This document shows positions 1 to 10,340 of a stretch of DNA of 64,000 bases, piece after piece. The stretch's first letter is position 1; each line of letters starts with the position of its first letter. The DNA lies in assembly GCA_016201505.1 (NCBI GenBank), contig JACQCQ010000002.1, forward strand, positions 76,750 to 140,749. Direction: 5' to 3'. The position numbers and the translations under genes were made by a program. This stretch comes from Candidatus Sungiibacteriota bacterium (GTDB taxonomy: Bacteria > Patescibacteriota > Minisyncoccia > Sungbacterales > JACQCQ01). The notes beneath the pieces are model-generated. The model had not been told where the DNA came from and did not search any database. It saw only the letters and a program-made list of their open reading frames with translations.

Positions 1-161
1 GAATTCATCCGGAATTAACCATGCGCTTCGGCCATCTCTTTTCTGTTGATGGGTATGATCGTGCGGTACTATTAAAAATTAAGAGCCGACTTTTACGTCG
101 ATTTTCCCCGTAGGAGCATCCTAGCGGGAGTTCCGATTCGGTCGTATAATGTCCTCGTTCT

Positions 162-524
162 ATGGGGAAGGAATGGACAACCAAGCTGTATGAGGGCATA
201 GGCGTTGATCTAGTAGAGCTCGCTGCCATTAGAAGGGCTCGGTTTCCTTGGCGTGTCGCCGAGTATTTTTTAACCCCCCGTGAGTATAAAGAAGCCCAAA
301 ACTCATCAGATCTGTATCAATTTATTGCTTCGCGCTTTGCGGCAAAAGAAGCAGTCATCAAGGCCTTTCCGGCGGATCTTTCACCAAAAGACTTCGAAAT
401 CATTAAGGGCGGTAGGAAGCCAGAAGTGCGATTTATACATAAACAGCATGCGGGATTTCGGGCATTCGTAAGTCTTTCCCATTCAGAACACTACGTCATA
501 GGATTTGCCAAAGTTACCTCATGA
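162..524 (+). CDS. acpS: Holo-ACP synthase (phosphopantetheinyl transferase)
   Basis: GIGVDLV, RFAAKEAVIKA and VSLSHS motifs; 120 aa; next to an ACP gene. Confidence 0.92.
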   Translation: MGKEWTTKLYEGIGVDLVELAAIRRARFPWRVAEYFLTPREYKEAQNSSDLYQFIASRFAAKEAVIKAFPADLSPKDFEIIKGGRKPEVRFIHKQHAGFRAFVSLSHSEHYVIGFAKVTS

Positions 525-2242
525 ATGCGCTAGATTATCTAAAATTGGCTTCGCGTATCTCCGAAACCGATCGTGGACGATTTCCTTCAACCATTTCAGT
601 AAATATTATTACTAATTTTACTGATGATGTGTTTCTGAAAGTCTTGACCGGAATATGTCTTGAAAATTCAATCTATCCGGTCATTTGGAGAGCACCCTAC
701 AAGCAATATCATCTAGCGTTTAAATCAGGAGAAATTCCGAAAGATGTCGCCATCACGTTTATTTTCTTTTATCTAAATCCTTATCTTTACTCCGAATTCT
801 ATAATCCCGATCAGGTAAATGAACTATTCGACGATATTGAGAAGTTCGCCGAATCTACCAAAGGAACGGTGGTTATGAATTCGTTTATCACCCCCTACCG
901 AGGAGCATACGGCAATTTATTTGATAAAAGCGAGTTATTTAGCCTCGCTGAAAATTACAACCGGAGTTTATTTGAGCTTGAGAAAAGGTTAAAAAATTTC
1001 CGGGTCCTTGACGTAAATCGTCTCATGCACACACTCGGGGAACGACAGGCTCGTGATTTTAGGGGAATGTATGCCTTTGATTTTCCCTTTACGAATGATT
1101 TTGCAGTTGAGGTAGCGAAAGAATGGTTTTCTTATATTCGGGTGCTTTTGGGTAAAATCAAAAAATGCATTGTCGTGGACCTTGACGATACGGTATGGGG
1201 AGGGATATTGGGCGAAGTTGGGCCGCTGGGCATTCTTTTGGGAGAGGACTATCCGGGACGATGCTATCAAAACTTTCAGCGGGCTCTGGTTGAATTTCAT
1301 AACCGAGGCATTTTGCTCGCGATCAATAGCCGAAATAACTGGGAGGATGTAAAAGAGGTTTTTAATCAAAATCCGCACATGGTTTTAAAGGAAAGCCATT
1401 TTGCCTCAATTCAAACAAATTGGAATAACAAGGCCGATAATTTACGCGCCATTGCTGAAGAACTTAACATCGGCCTTGATAGCTTTGTCTTTTTTGATGA
1501 TGACCCCAATAATCGGGCGCTCGTCAAAACTATGCTGCCCGAGGTTTTAGTTCCCGAGTTTTCCATAGCGCCCGAGGAATATGTGAATATGCTCTATGGG
1601 CTTGACGAATTTAATCAGTTTGCGCTCACCGAGGAAGATACGGCCAGAGCCAAAATGTACGCCGAGGAACGCCAGCGCAAAGTAGTCGAGAAAGGCTCAG
1701 CGTCGTTCGATGAGTATATCGCAGGGCTCCAAATCGTGGTGAATGTTTCAGTAAATAAACTAGAGTATCTCACGCGTCTTTCCCAGCTAACATTAAAAAC
1801 CAATCAGTTTAATTTAACGACCAAGCGCTATTCAGAAAGCGAAGTTGCTGACTTAATCAAAAAAGGCTGTCGATTTTTTGCGGGCGATATCCAAGACAAA
1901 TTTGGTCGGTACGGAGTCACTATACTGGCTATTCTTTCTCCCCAAGAGAATGGAGTCGTTCGAATTGATAACTTTTTGATGAGCTGCCGCGTCGCAGGAC
2001 GAGGAGTTGAGTTTACTTTTTTTGATTACCTGCTTGAGCTCTTGGCCTCGGAAGGCGTAAAAAAAGTGACGGGACTGTTAATCGAAACACAAAAGAATCC
2101 TCCCGTAAGGGAGATTCTCCCCAATCTTGGATTCAAAATCAAAGAAAAAGGAGAAGGCGGGACTCTCTTTGAGATTAACCTAGAAGAGTATCAGATGTGT
2201 CAGCAACCGAACGTAAATCGGCATATCAAAATTGGATCCTGA
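521..2242 (+). CDS. FkbH-like HAD-IIIC protein (glyceryl-ACP synthase type)
   Basis: KKCIVVDLDDTVWGG, FFDD, QLTLKTNQFNLTT and FLMSCRV motifs typical of the FkbH family. Confidence 0.9.
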   Translation: MNALDYLKLASRISETDRGRFPSTISVNIITNFTDDVFLKVLTGICLENSIYPVIWRAPYKQYHLAFKSGEIPKDVAITFIFFYLNPYLYSEFYNPDQVNELFDDIEKFAESTKGTVVMNSFITPYRGAYGNLFDKSELFSLAENYNRSLFELEKRLKNFRVLDVNRLMHTLGERQARDFRGMYAFDFPFTNDFAVEVAKEWFSYIRVLLGKIKKCIVVDLDDTVWGGILGEVGPLGILLGEDYPGRCYQNFQRALVEFHNRGILLAINSRNNWEDVKEVFNQNPHMVLKESHFASIQTNWNNKADNLRAIAEELNIGLDSFVFFDDDPNNRALVKTMLPEVLVPEFSIAPEEYVNMLYGLDEFNQFALTEEDTARAKMYAEERQRKVVEKGSASFDEYIAGLQIVVNVSVNKLEYLTRLSQLTLKTNQFNLTTKRYSESEVADLIKKGCRFFAGDIQDKFGRYGVTILAILSPQENGVVRIDNFLMSCRVAGRGVEFTFFDYLLELLASEGVKKVTGLLIETQKNPPVREILPNLGFKIKEKGEGGTLFEINLEEYQMCQQPNVNRHIKIGS

Positions 2243-2243
2243 T

Positions 2244-2480
2244 ATGTCGAAACTTTCACATATTTTTTCTTCCATATTAGGTATTGATGAATCCCGCATC
2301 ACTCCAGATCTATCTCCCAATAATACTTCATCTTGGGATTCGCTGAATGCCATCATTCTTTTGACCGAAATCGAAAAAGCCTTTGCTACTAAATTTGATT
2401 TTAATGAGGCCATGTCAATTAAAAATTTTGGTGATGTTACTCAATTGATTGAATCGAAAGGACTCAATCCCCATGCCTGA
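2244..2480 (+). CDS. Acyl carrier protein
   Basis: Short acidic protein with WDSL Ppant-serine motif; ATG at 2244 chosen over the ORF-track TTG at 2232. Confidence 0.88.
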   Translation: MSKLSHIFSSILGIDESRITPDLSPNNTSSWDSLNAIILLTEIEKAFATKFDFNEAMSIKNFGDVTQLIESKGLNPHA

Positions 2481-2895
2481 AGCCATGGAACGAACCTACG
2501 AGGAACTAAAAACGGGTGAATCTTTTTCATTTGAAGTTCTTATCGACGAAGATCTCGTGGCAGCCTTTCGTCAACTTTCCGGCGACAGAAATCCGCTGCA
2601 TGAAAAAACAGAATATGCGCGAGCCTCTTCATTTGGGAAGCCTGTAGTACATGGCATGATTGCCGGCGCTTTCTTTTCTCGACTTGTCGGCATGCATCTG
2701 CCGGGAAAATTTGGGCTCTATCTTTCCCAGACGCTTCATTTTCGAAAGCCGATCTTCTTCGGAGATAAGGTTACGATCCGCGGAGAAATACTTGAAAAAA
2801 GTGAGGCCATGAAGACCATACGGGTCAAGACCGAGGCACTGACTCAAGACGGGATTTGTACGGACGGAGAAGCGCTGGTACGTTTGCTCAAATAA
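2473..2895 (+). CDS. MaoC-like (R)-specific dehydratase, hot-dog fold
   Basis: SGDRNPLH and VVHGM motifs. Confidence 0.88.
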   Translation: MPEAMERTYEELKTGESFSFEVLIDEDLVAAFRQLSGDRNPLHEKTEYARASSFGKPVVHGMIAGAFFSRLVGMHLPGKFGLYLSQTLHFRKPIFFGDKVTIRGEILEKSEAMKTIRVKTEALTQDGICTDGEALVRLLK

Positions 2896-2898
2896 GTC

Positions 2899-4341
2899 AT
2901 GGTTTTTAACTCATTTCAGTTTCTTCTCTTCTTTCCCGCGGTTGTGGCCATTTATTTTTTGTTGCCGCACTGCTGGCGCTGGGTTTTTCTCTTGCTTGCC
3001 AGCGGTTATTTCTATATGGCCTTTATCCCGAAATACATTTTCGTTCTGGGATTTTTGATTGTTATCGATTACTGGGCAGGGATCTTGATTGAACGAGCGC
3101 AAGCGCGAAAGCGATTTTTTTTGACTATCAGCATTCTCGCAAATGCCGGAATGCTGTTTGTTTTTAAATATTTCAATTTCTTTAATTCAAATCTCGATCA
3201 TCTTGCGCGTTTCCTTCACTGGAACTACCCCATCGGCTATTTGGCGTTGGCTCTGCCGCTCGGGCTCTCGTTTCATACCTTCCAGAGTCTTTCGTATGTC
3301 ATCGAGGTCTATCGCGGACGTCAAAAAGCTGAACGGAATTTCGGCATTTACGCCCTCTATGTAATGTTTTTTCCCCAGCTCGTCGCCGGCCCGATTGAAC
3401 GGCCGCAGAATCTGCTGCATCAGTTTTATGAGCGGCATATATTCCTGCCGGATCGCGTGGTTTTGGGACTGCGGCTGATGCTCTGGGGATTTTTCAAAAA
3501 GATTGTGGTGGCTGATAATATCGCCGGACTCGTGAATTTGGTATATGCCGCCCCGCCTCACTTTTCAGCGCCCGCAATACTGCTCGCCATCTTTCTTTTT
3601 ACCATTCAATTATACGCCGACTTCTCGGGATACTCGGACATTGCCAGAGGCTCGGCTCTGGTTCTCGGCTACCGCTTAATGGAGAATTTCAATCGCCCCT
3701 ATTTTGCAAAGTCGATAGCCGAATTCTGGAGGCGCTGGCATATTTCGCTTTCCAGCTGGCTTCGCGACTACATCTATTACCCGCTTGTTTTCAAAACCAG
3801 AAACCAGCCCGTTCGGGGCATGTATTTTGCGCTTCTTTTTACATTTCTTATATCCGGCGTCTGGCATGGAGCCGGTTGGACATTTTTAATTATGGGATTT
3901 TTATTCGGGTTTTATATTGTTTTTGGTTTAGTCACAAAATCATGGCGGGCATCAATACTGGAAAGTATCAAAATAGCGCGATGGCAGAACCTCCACGGCG
4001 CGATTCAGGCCTGTTTCACATTTTTGCTGGTTTCGTTCGCCTGGATTTTTTTTCGCGCCAGCTCGCTTCAGAACGCCTATGACATCATCCGCGGAACTTT
4101 TTTAAATTTTCGCTTCTCATACGCAGAGTTTAGTTCGCTCAATAAACTGCAAATCCTTTTTGGATTCATTGGAATTTCCGTTTTGTTCTTAGTTGAACTA
4201 ACTTCAAAAGATGCCGAGGTTTGGGGTCGGCTCCATTCTGTCGGGTCGCTTATGCGCTGGGGGATTTATAGCGGGCTCGCGCTTGCGATTTTGCTGCTGG
4301 GCTATTTTCGCGGCCAGACATTTATTTATTTCCAGTTTTGA
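2899..4341 (+). CDS. MBOAT O-acyltransferase (AlgI/DltB-like)
   Basis: LPLGLSFHTFQ, FFPQLVAGPIER, FWRRWHISLS, GVWHG and C-terminal FIYFQF. Confidence 0.93.
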   Translation: MVFNSFQFLLFFPAVVAIYFLLPHCWRWVFLLLASGYFYMAFIPKYIFVLGFLIVIDYWAGILIERAQARKRFFLTISILANAGMLFVFKYFNFFNSNLDHLARFLHWNYPIGYLALALPLGLSFHTFQSLSYVIEVYRGRQKAERNFGIYALYVMFFPQLVAGPIERPQNLLHQFYERHIFLPDRVVLGLRLMLWGFFKKIVVADNIAGLVNLVYAAPPHFSAPAILLAIFLFTIQLYADFSGYSDIARGSALVLGYRLMENFNRPYFAKSIAEFWRRWHISLSSWLRDYIYYPLVFKTRNQPVRGMYFALLFTFLISGVWHGAGWTFLIMGFLFGFYIVFGLVTKSWRASILESIKIARWQNLHGAIQACFTFLLVSFAWIFFRASSLQNAYDIIRGTFLNFRFSYAEFSSLNKLQILFGFIGISVLFLVELTSKDAEVWGRLHSVGSLMRWGIYSGLALAILLLGYFRGQTFIYFQF

Positions 4342-4344
4342 TGC

Positions 4345-5292
4345 ATGAAAAATCTTACATTTTTTATTAAACTCGGCATTTTTTTGGGATTACTATCGCT
4401 CGCTGTTTTTTTAATTTCGGCAATCGGGCATGATTCAAATTCAGCCGCGGCCGTCATTTTAGATAAGCACGCGCTGCTTGCCGGCGCGCCATCGCCGAAA
4501 ATCATTTTAGTCGGCGGATCGAATATTACTTACGGTATTGACAGCCTGCGGATAGAGCGTGATGTCGGGCGTCCCGTCGTCAACATGGGTTATTCGCTCG
4601 GCGTTGGTTTGAGGTTCGCCCTAGAGGAAGTAAAACCAGATCTGAAAAAAGGCGACGCGGTTTTAGTGATTCCCGAATACGAACAATTTCAGGATTTATT
4701 TGAAGGCAATGGCGCGATCTTAGATTTAGTGCAGTATGATCCGTCGCTTGCGCGACACATAACTTCCTGGCGGCAGGTGCGCGAGATGGTTAAATATTTC
4801 CCGAACTTTTTGCAGAATAATTTTAAACGCGGCATGGTAGAGCCTCTCTTCCGTCGTTTCGGTCTTACCATTGGAAAAAGCGAACGCCGCTACTACCGCA
4901 GTGACTTTAATGCGGCTGGCGATCTCGTCGGCTATTTAAAAGATCCCCGATCCGATTCGATCGATATATCTCGATTAAATCCGGGGTATATCAATCCCGC
5001 TGCCATCGAGGCGCTCTCGAATTTCACCGCCTTTGCCAAACAAAAAGGCGCCCCGGTCGTTTTCATCTTCCCGTCTTACAGCACACCAGCCTATCAAGAA
5101 AATAAAGATACCGTCAATGCAATCTACAAAAAGCTCCAGCAGATTCGAGATCTGGTGATACCAGACTCGCCTAGCGATTTTATATTCTCCACGGGTCAAT
5201 TATTCGACAGCAGTTATCATTTGGTTGGCGCGGGTCGCGAAGATAGAACCTCTAGAATAATCGCGAAATTAAAAACGGTTTTGGCCCATTAA
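4345..5292 (+). CDS. Membrane-anchored SGNH-like protein (DltD/AlgJ-like MBOAT partner)
   Basis: N-terminal TM helix, VGGSN block I-like motif, FDSSYHL (DxxH-like); follows the MBOAT gene. Confidence 0.65.
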   Translation: MKNLTFFIKLGIFLGLLSLAVFLISAIGHDSNSAAAVILDKHALLAGAPSPKIILVGGSNITYGIDSLRIERDVGRPVVNMGYSLGVGLRFALEEVKPDLKKGDAVLVIPEYEQFQDLFEGNGAILDLVQYDPSLARHITSWRQVREMVKYFPNFLQNNFKRGMVEPLFRRFGLTIGKSERRYYRSDFNAAGDLVGYLKDPRSDSIDISRLNPGYINPAAIEALSNFTAFAKQKGAPVVFIFPSYSTPAYQENKDTVNAIYKKLQQIRDLVIPDSPSDFIFSTGQLFDSSYHLVGAGREDRTSRIIAKLKTVLAH

Positions 5293-5327
5293 GCCAAAAC
5301 CCAAACAGGTATAGAATCAACCTGGCT

Positions 5328-6011
5328 ATGGAAAAGAAATCGGTGCCCTATATTCCGCAAGTTGAATTAAAAAAGCACGCCGGAGAAGTAAAAACCCAAC
5401 TGCGAGTTTCGGATACCTGGACTCTCCGAGAAAATATTTTTTGGGACTTCCTTGAGGCTCGCATTCCCAAAGAAGCGCGCATTTTAGATGTGGGCACGGG
5501 GCCGGGAACTCTCTTGCGCCAGCTGGAGAGCCGAGGCTGGCACAATTTAAAAGGCTTAGACATTGCTGACTTTATGGACGCTGACTTGAAGCCGAAGTTC
5601 GAGCTCGCCGTTACCGACTTGGATTTTGAGGCCGCACCCTTCGCCGCGAACAGTTTTGATTTAGTTTTCGCGCTTGAAGTTATTGAACACCTGGAGAATC
5701 CATTCCATTTTATTCGCGAAATGAGCCGTATTCTGGATGACGGGGGATATTGTATCTGTTCCGCGCCGAATCCATTTCACATCTGGAATAAAGTAAAATT
5801 CTTGCTGAAAGGGAATCTACAGCACTGGCACGTGTATAACGATCACATCACCTTTATGACAAAGGACGTTTTCAAAAAGACTGTGCTCCGCTATTTCTCA
5901 ATTGAAGAAATTAAATATCGCTGGGGCTATTTGCCGTATTTCCCAAAGATCAACATGCCGCGAACTGAATTATTTGGCAGGAATGTTTGCTATTTTCTTA
6001 AGAAGATTTGA
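5328..6011 (+). CDS. Class I SAM-dependent methyltransferase
   Basis: ILDVGTGPG and FDLVFALEVIEHL motifs. Confidence 0.88.
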   Translation: MEKKSVPYIPQVELKKHAGEVKTQLRVSDTWTLRENIFWDFLEARIPKEARILDVGTGPGTLLRQLESRGWHNLKGLDIADFMDADLKPKFELAVTDLDFEAAPFAANSFDLVFALEVIEHLENPFHFIREMSRILDDGGYCICSAPNPFHIWNKVKFLLKGNLQHWHVYNDHITFMTKDVFKKTVLRYFSIEEIKYRWGYLPYFPKINMPRTELFGRNVCYFLKKI

Positions 6012-6123
6012 GGCCAGAACGATGGCTTAATCTGTGTCACAGCGTTGACACATTTTAAATATTTATGTAAATTATCTCCCGGTACATTAAGTCGCCGGTT
6101 AAATCCGGAGAAAGAGGCGCGTT

Positions 6124-7227
6124 TTGCCCAAAAAGGTTGTATTCTGCCTCGGAGATGGCGGCAACGGTGAGTACTACCTCGCCCTTCGTCCGCATCTGGA
6201 AGCGGCCGGTGTCGAGCACGAGGTACTGATGGATCCGAAGGGGGCTGCGAAGGTTCTCCTCGAGAAGAGGGGAATTCCCTTCAGGCTGACAGAGGGTAAG
6301 GAGGACATCGACTGCAAACAGTACGACCATGTCCTGGTCGGCAGCGGCAACAAGGCGCGCGATCTGATTAGGAACGCGACGGAGAACGCCCAGAAGGCAG
6401 GCGTTCGTGTCACCTGGTTCTGCGACATTCCGCACTCTGGGTGCGAAGAAGCCTTTCGAGATCTTGTCCCGTCGTCGATGGCCGTCTTCGACGGCCTGAC
6501 ACGGGACCGGCTTCTCAAGATGAAGTCGGCGCTCGACGAGAGCAAGATCTTCGTCATCGGCAATCCCGCCTTCGACAACCTGCCAACGCTGAAGAAGAAT
6601 CATGCAGTCTTGCGCGCGGCGATCTTCAGCTCGACGGGCCTTCGGGACCTGCAAGATCAGCTCGTCGTTTACTTCGGCTCTTCTTCGGCGCAGTTTGATC
6701 TCGTCGGTGAGTCGCTAGAGCCGCAGATCGAGTGGGTGCAGAAGAATCCGCGCGTGAAGTACTACTGCGCCACTCATCCCGCCGACCTGAAGAAGGATGA
6801 GGTCACTGCGCTCGTCGCAACGCTCGGCAGTCAACTCATAACCGAGAGGTTTTCCAACGACGATCTCACAGTTGCGGCCGACATGGTTGTCACCGATTAC
6901 TCAACGCTGGGGATTCAGTCATGCCTTATCGGCACGCCAACGGTGTTCCTGATGGGTCCGTCAGCCCAGGCTTACCAAGAGAAAGAGCGAGGAGCGAAGT
7001 ACCCGGTATTCCCGGTACTCGACCTCGCGCGTGGCTTTATCTACCAGGGGAAGAGCTACACGCCAGCCCTCGGCGTCTGGAACATCGCTCGCATCACCGA
7101 AGCGCTTGACAAGGTCCTCCTGGATCCGGATCAGTGGAGGCTGATGCGGCTTGCCGCCCAGCTTCCTGAGTTCGAACGCATGGCCGACGGCCACGCTGGA
7201 GAGCGGTTCATCAAGAACGTCCTGTAG
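6124..7227 (+). CDS. Putative GT-B-fold glycosyl/glycerophosphotransferase-like protein
   Basis: VIGNPAFD, HP, ADMVVTDYST and DGHAGER motifs; TTG start after GGAGAAAGAGG; codons visibly more GC-rich than neighbours. Confidence 0.55.
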   Translation: MPKKVVFCLGDGGNGEYYLALRPHLEAAGVEHEVLMDPKGAAKVLLEKRGIPFRLTEGKEDIDCKQYDHVLVGSGNKARDLIRNATENAQKAGVRVTWFCDIPHSGCEEAFRDLVPSSMAVFDGLTRDRLLKMKSALDESKIFVIGNPAFDNLPTLKKNHAVLRAAIFSSTGLRDLQDQLVVYFGSSSAQFDLVGESLEPQIEWVQKNPRVKYYCATHPADLKKDEVTALVATLGSQLITERFSNDDLTVAADMVVTDYSTLGIQSCLIGTPTVFLMGPSAQAYQEKERGAKYPVFPVLDLARGFIYQGKSYTPALGVWNIARITEALDKVLLDPDQWRLMRLAAQLPEFERMADGHAGERFIKNVL

Positions 7228-7252
7228 CAGCAAGTCTCGGCAGTCCGAACGC

Positions 7253-7285
7253 AAACGGCGGCGCACCAAGTGGTGCCCGCCGTTT
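7253..7285 (+). terminator. Probable intrinsic terminator
   Basis: AAACGGCGG...CCGCCGTTTT hairpin after the stop codon. Confidence 0.55.
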
Positions 7286-7313
7286 TCTCATAACCACGTT
7301 TGCAGAACTCAAA

Positions 7314-7353
7314 CCGAATTAGTTCGATAGACTAGTCTATCGAACTAATTCGG
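7314..7353. repeat. Perfect 40-bp palindrome, GATAGACTAGTCTATC family copy 1
   Basis: CCGAATTAGTTCGATAGACT|AGTCTATCGAACTAATTCGG; core shared with 62264-62303. Confidence 0.9.
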
Positions 7354-7356
7354 GAA

Positions 7357-8724
7357 TTATTGCAGATGCCTAAGCAGAAAATTCCCGATGCGCTCACCAG
7401 ATTTTCCGTCGATTTTCCAGACTTGCTCGTCAAATAATTTTTTTCTGCCTGCTTTGTGAATTGATGGATTTTCCACATATTTTTTGGTGGCCTCGACTAA
7501 TTCTTTTTCGTTGTTTACTCTCCAGCAAGCGCCCGTTTCCTGAACGTATTTATAATGCGTGATGTCCATGCTGTGGCGCACCGATATGTAATAGGGTTTA
7601 TTTTTGTAGCCGTCAAAAGCGATCAAAACAGTCGGCTTATCGTAAATGGCCGCCTCAATCGTCAGGGTCGACCCCGTGTTCATGGTGACGTCACTCCAGT
7701 AAATCGTAGAAATTAAAAGTTTTACGTCTTCTTCGTCGAACTCGCGATCGCCCTTGATCTCGGCAATGCTTTTCCCCGGAATATGGAAGACGACATTCTT
7801 CCAGCTTTTGAGATCGGCCAGGTCAACTTCATATTTTGGATGCGAGCGCACAAAAATGATCGATGGGGGCAGTTCGCCGCGCTCGATGGCATGGTTTAGC
7901 ATCTTTATGTGGTCCCGCGGGTCGTCAATCGCCAGCACCCCGCCCATGAAATAGGTGATTAATTTTTTTGACGGGTCGATGTTGAACATTTTAAAAAACT
8001 CATCGCGCGTGAGGCGCCACTCCGCTTTCAGGTAGTTGTCATATTGCGGCAGGCCGACAACCGTAACTCGATTTTCAGGCATGTCGCCGATCCTCATCGC
8101 CTCGCCTTTTATGTAGGGATTGTTCACGATTAACTGATCCGGCTTTACGCGGAGCATAGTTTTTGAGGTAAAATTATCCCAGCTTTTGGTCATGCCGATT
8201 GATGGAATGCCGCGGCGCCTGGCCGCCTTGATCAACGCAACAGAAGTTCCGTGGATCATATTCGTCCCGAAAACCAAAGATGGATTATATTTTTCAAAGT
8301 ATTTGTCCCAGATCGCGTCCTCATGGAACAGGGGATCAACGGCACGCACCAACTCGCGCCAGACGCGAAAATGACCGAGAAGCCAGATCGCCCGCTTTAA
8401 GGGCAGTATGACTTTATTGGCCAGCGACGGATTTTCGTAGACGAGTTTATTTTGTCTGATCTTAATCGTTCCCGTCGGGATGCTGTTGTATGAAACGGTG
8501 CGGACAAACTGGCGCATCGGATGTAAGTCGTACTCTAAATCCTCGATCGGCTCGACCATAAAATTCAAAGCCCTGAACCGGGCTTTATAATTAGTGACTT
8601 TTTTTTGGGGCACGAACAAGACGACGGAGAGATCCGGCGTACGCGCGAGCAGGGGATACATATCCGAGAGCATCAGATTTTTCGTCTCGGCTTGAGTGGG
8701 CAGCGCGATAAACAGAGTTTTCAT
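7357..8724 (-). CDS. CDP-glycerol glycerophosphotransferase/TagF-like GT-B protein (possible nonulosonate transferase)
   Basis: SWDN, VGLPQYD, RSHP, GSTLTIEAAIYDKP and DGKSGERI motifs. Confidence 0.65.
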   Translation of the reverse strand: MKTLFIALPTQAETKNLMLSDMYPLLARTPDLSVVLFVPQKKVTNYKARFRALNFMVEPIEDLEYDLHPMRQFVRTVSYNSIPTGTIKIRQNKLVYENPSLANKVILPLKRAIWLLGHFRVWRELVRAVDPLFHEDAIWDKYFEKYNPSLVFGTNMIHGTSVALIKAARRRGIPSIGMTKSWDNFTSKTMLRVKPDQLIVNNPYIKGEAMRIGDMPENRVTVVGLPQYDNYLKAEWRLTRDEFFKMFNIDPSKKLITYFMGGVLAIDDPRDHIKMLNHAIERGELPPSIIFVRSHPKYEVDLADLKSWKNVVFHIPGKSIAEIKGDREFDEEDVKLLISTIYWSDVTMNTGSTLTIEAAIYDKPTVLIAFDGYKNKPYYISVRHSMDITHYKYVQETGACWRVNNEKELVEATKKYVENPSIHKAGRKKLFDEQVWKIDGKSGERIGNFLLRHLQ

Positions 8725-8796
8725 ATCAGGCGGAGTATAGCGAATTGACGTTCGATTGACAATTGAGCTTAGATACTGTTTTATAAGGCTGAAATC

Positions 8797-9513
8797 ATGA
8801 ATGTACTTGGCGTTATTGGCGCTCGATCCGGCTCGAAGACTATCCAGAATAAAAATATCAAGCTGCTTTTCGGGAAGCCGCTTTTGGTGTGGATCGCCGA
8901 GGCCGCTAAGAATTCGCAGTATGTCAACCGAGTTATTGTTTCCACCGATTCGCCGGCATACGCCGAGATTGCCAAACAGTATGCCATCGAGGCCCCCTTT
9001 ATGCGTCCGGCGGAATTAGCCGAGGACCATGTGCCGGATTTTGACTATCTCTATCACGCCGCGACCTGGCTGCATGAAAATGAAGGCTGGAAAGCCGATA
9101 TCATTTTGAGGCTCCCGCCGACCTCGCCCCTTTGCACGACGGAGCATATTGACGCCTGCGTTAAACTTTTAATGGATGATCCGGAGGCTGACTCATCCCG
9201 GACTATTACCCCGGCCTCAAAGCATCCTTATAAGCTCTGGCGCATAAACGGCAACTATATCGAGCCATTTCTCTCGGAAGAATATACTGGCTTGAAAGAC
9301 GCGCATAATATGCCGAGACAGGCCTTCCCCAAAGCTTTCCAGCATGTTGACGTGATTGCGCTCCGCTGGAAAACCTTGGTCGACGATAAATCCATGGCGG
9401 GGAAAAAGATTCGTTTTCACGAAATTCCCAAAATGAATGCCATTGATATTGACACGGAAGCGGATTTTAAAATTGCCGAAGAGTTGTTAAAAAAAAGAAT
9501 GCATGCCGAATAA
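8797..9513 (+). CDS. neuA: Acylneuraminate cytidylyltransferase
   Basis: ARSGSK..NKNIK, VSTDS, RPAELA, PTSPL and IDIDTEADF motifs. Confidence 0.9.
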   Translation: MNVLGVIGARSGSKTIQNKNIKLLFGKPLLVWIAEAAKNSQYVNRVIVSTDSPAYAEIAKQYAIEAPFMRPAELAEDHVPDFDYLYHAATWLHENEGWKADIILRLPPTSPLCTTEHIDACVKLLMDDPEADSSRTITPASKHPYKLWRINGNYIEPFLSEEYTGLKDAHNMPRQAFPKAFQHVDVIALRWKTLVDDKSMAGKKIRFHEIPKMNAIDIDTEADFKIAEELLKKRMHAE

Positions 9514-10333
9514 AACGACGAGCGCCCTTTTTGATTTAACCGCTGAAGTTGCCATTGTCACCGGCGGGCAGGGACAACTGGGTTCGGAATATGTAAAAAC
9601 ATTGGCGGGCGCCGGTGCCTCGGTCGCAATTTTCGATATTGCTCCGCGGGTGCGGGATTCAAACCAAAATCTCATCGATCAGAAGTGGCCGGTCTCGACG
9701 CACGTGGTTGATATTTTAGAAAAAGATCAAATTGCCGGTGCCTTTGATGCAGTTGAAAAAACATTCGGGACGCCGACGATATTGATAAATAACGCCGGGC
9801 TGGACTCGCCGCCCGATGCTTCGGAAAAAGACAACGGCCCGTTTGAGACCTATCCCGAGTCCTCTTGGGATGCCGTCGTAAATTCGCACATCAAGGGAGC
9901 GTTTTTGATGTCGCAAGAATTCATCGGCCGGGCGAAAAAAGCAAAAAAGAAAGCCAGCATAATTAACGTCTCTTCAACCTACGGCCTGGTTTCGCCTGAT
10001 CAGTCGATCTACGAGTTTCGCCGCAAAAACGGCGCGTCATTTTATAAGCCCGTTGCCTATTCGGTGGCTAAATCGGGCATTTTGAATTTGACGCGCTGGC
10101 TGGCTGAATACGGCGGGCCGTTCGGGATTCGAGTGAATACTCTGGTGCCCGGAGGTGTATTCGCAAATCAAGATAAAGAATTTATCAAAGAATATTCAAG
10201 GCGCACCATGATCGGCCGCATGGCGAATGTCGATGAATACAACGGCGCAATTTTATTTTTGGCTTCCGCGAAAGCCTCTGCCTATATGACCGGCTCGATG
10301 CTCGTCATTGACGGGGGCTGGACCGCAAAATGA
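9503..10333 (+). CDS. Short-chain dehydrogenase/reductase
   Basis: TGGQGQLG, NNAG, YSVAK (YxxxK) and DGGW. Confidence 0.92.
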   Translation: MPNKTTSALFDLTAEVAIVTGGQGQLGSEYVKTLAGAGASVAIFDIAPRVRDSNQNLIDQKWPVSTHVVDILEKDQIAGAFDAVEKTFGTPTILINNAGLDSPPDASEKDNGPFETYPESSWDAVVNSHIKGAFLMSQEFIGRAKKAKKKASIINVSSTYGLVSPDQSIYEFRRKNGASFYKPVAYSVAKSGILNLTRWLAEYGGPFGIRVNTLVPGGVFANQDKEFIKEYSRRTMIGRMANVDEYNGAILFLASAKASAYMTGSMLVIDGGWTAK

Positions 10334-10340
10334 AAAAGCT

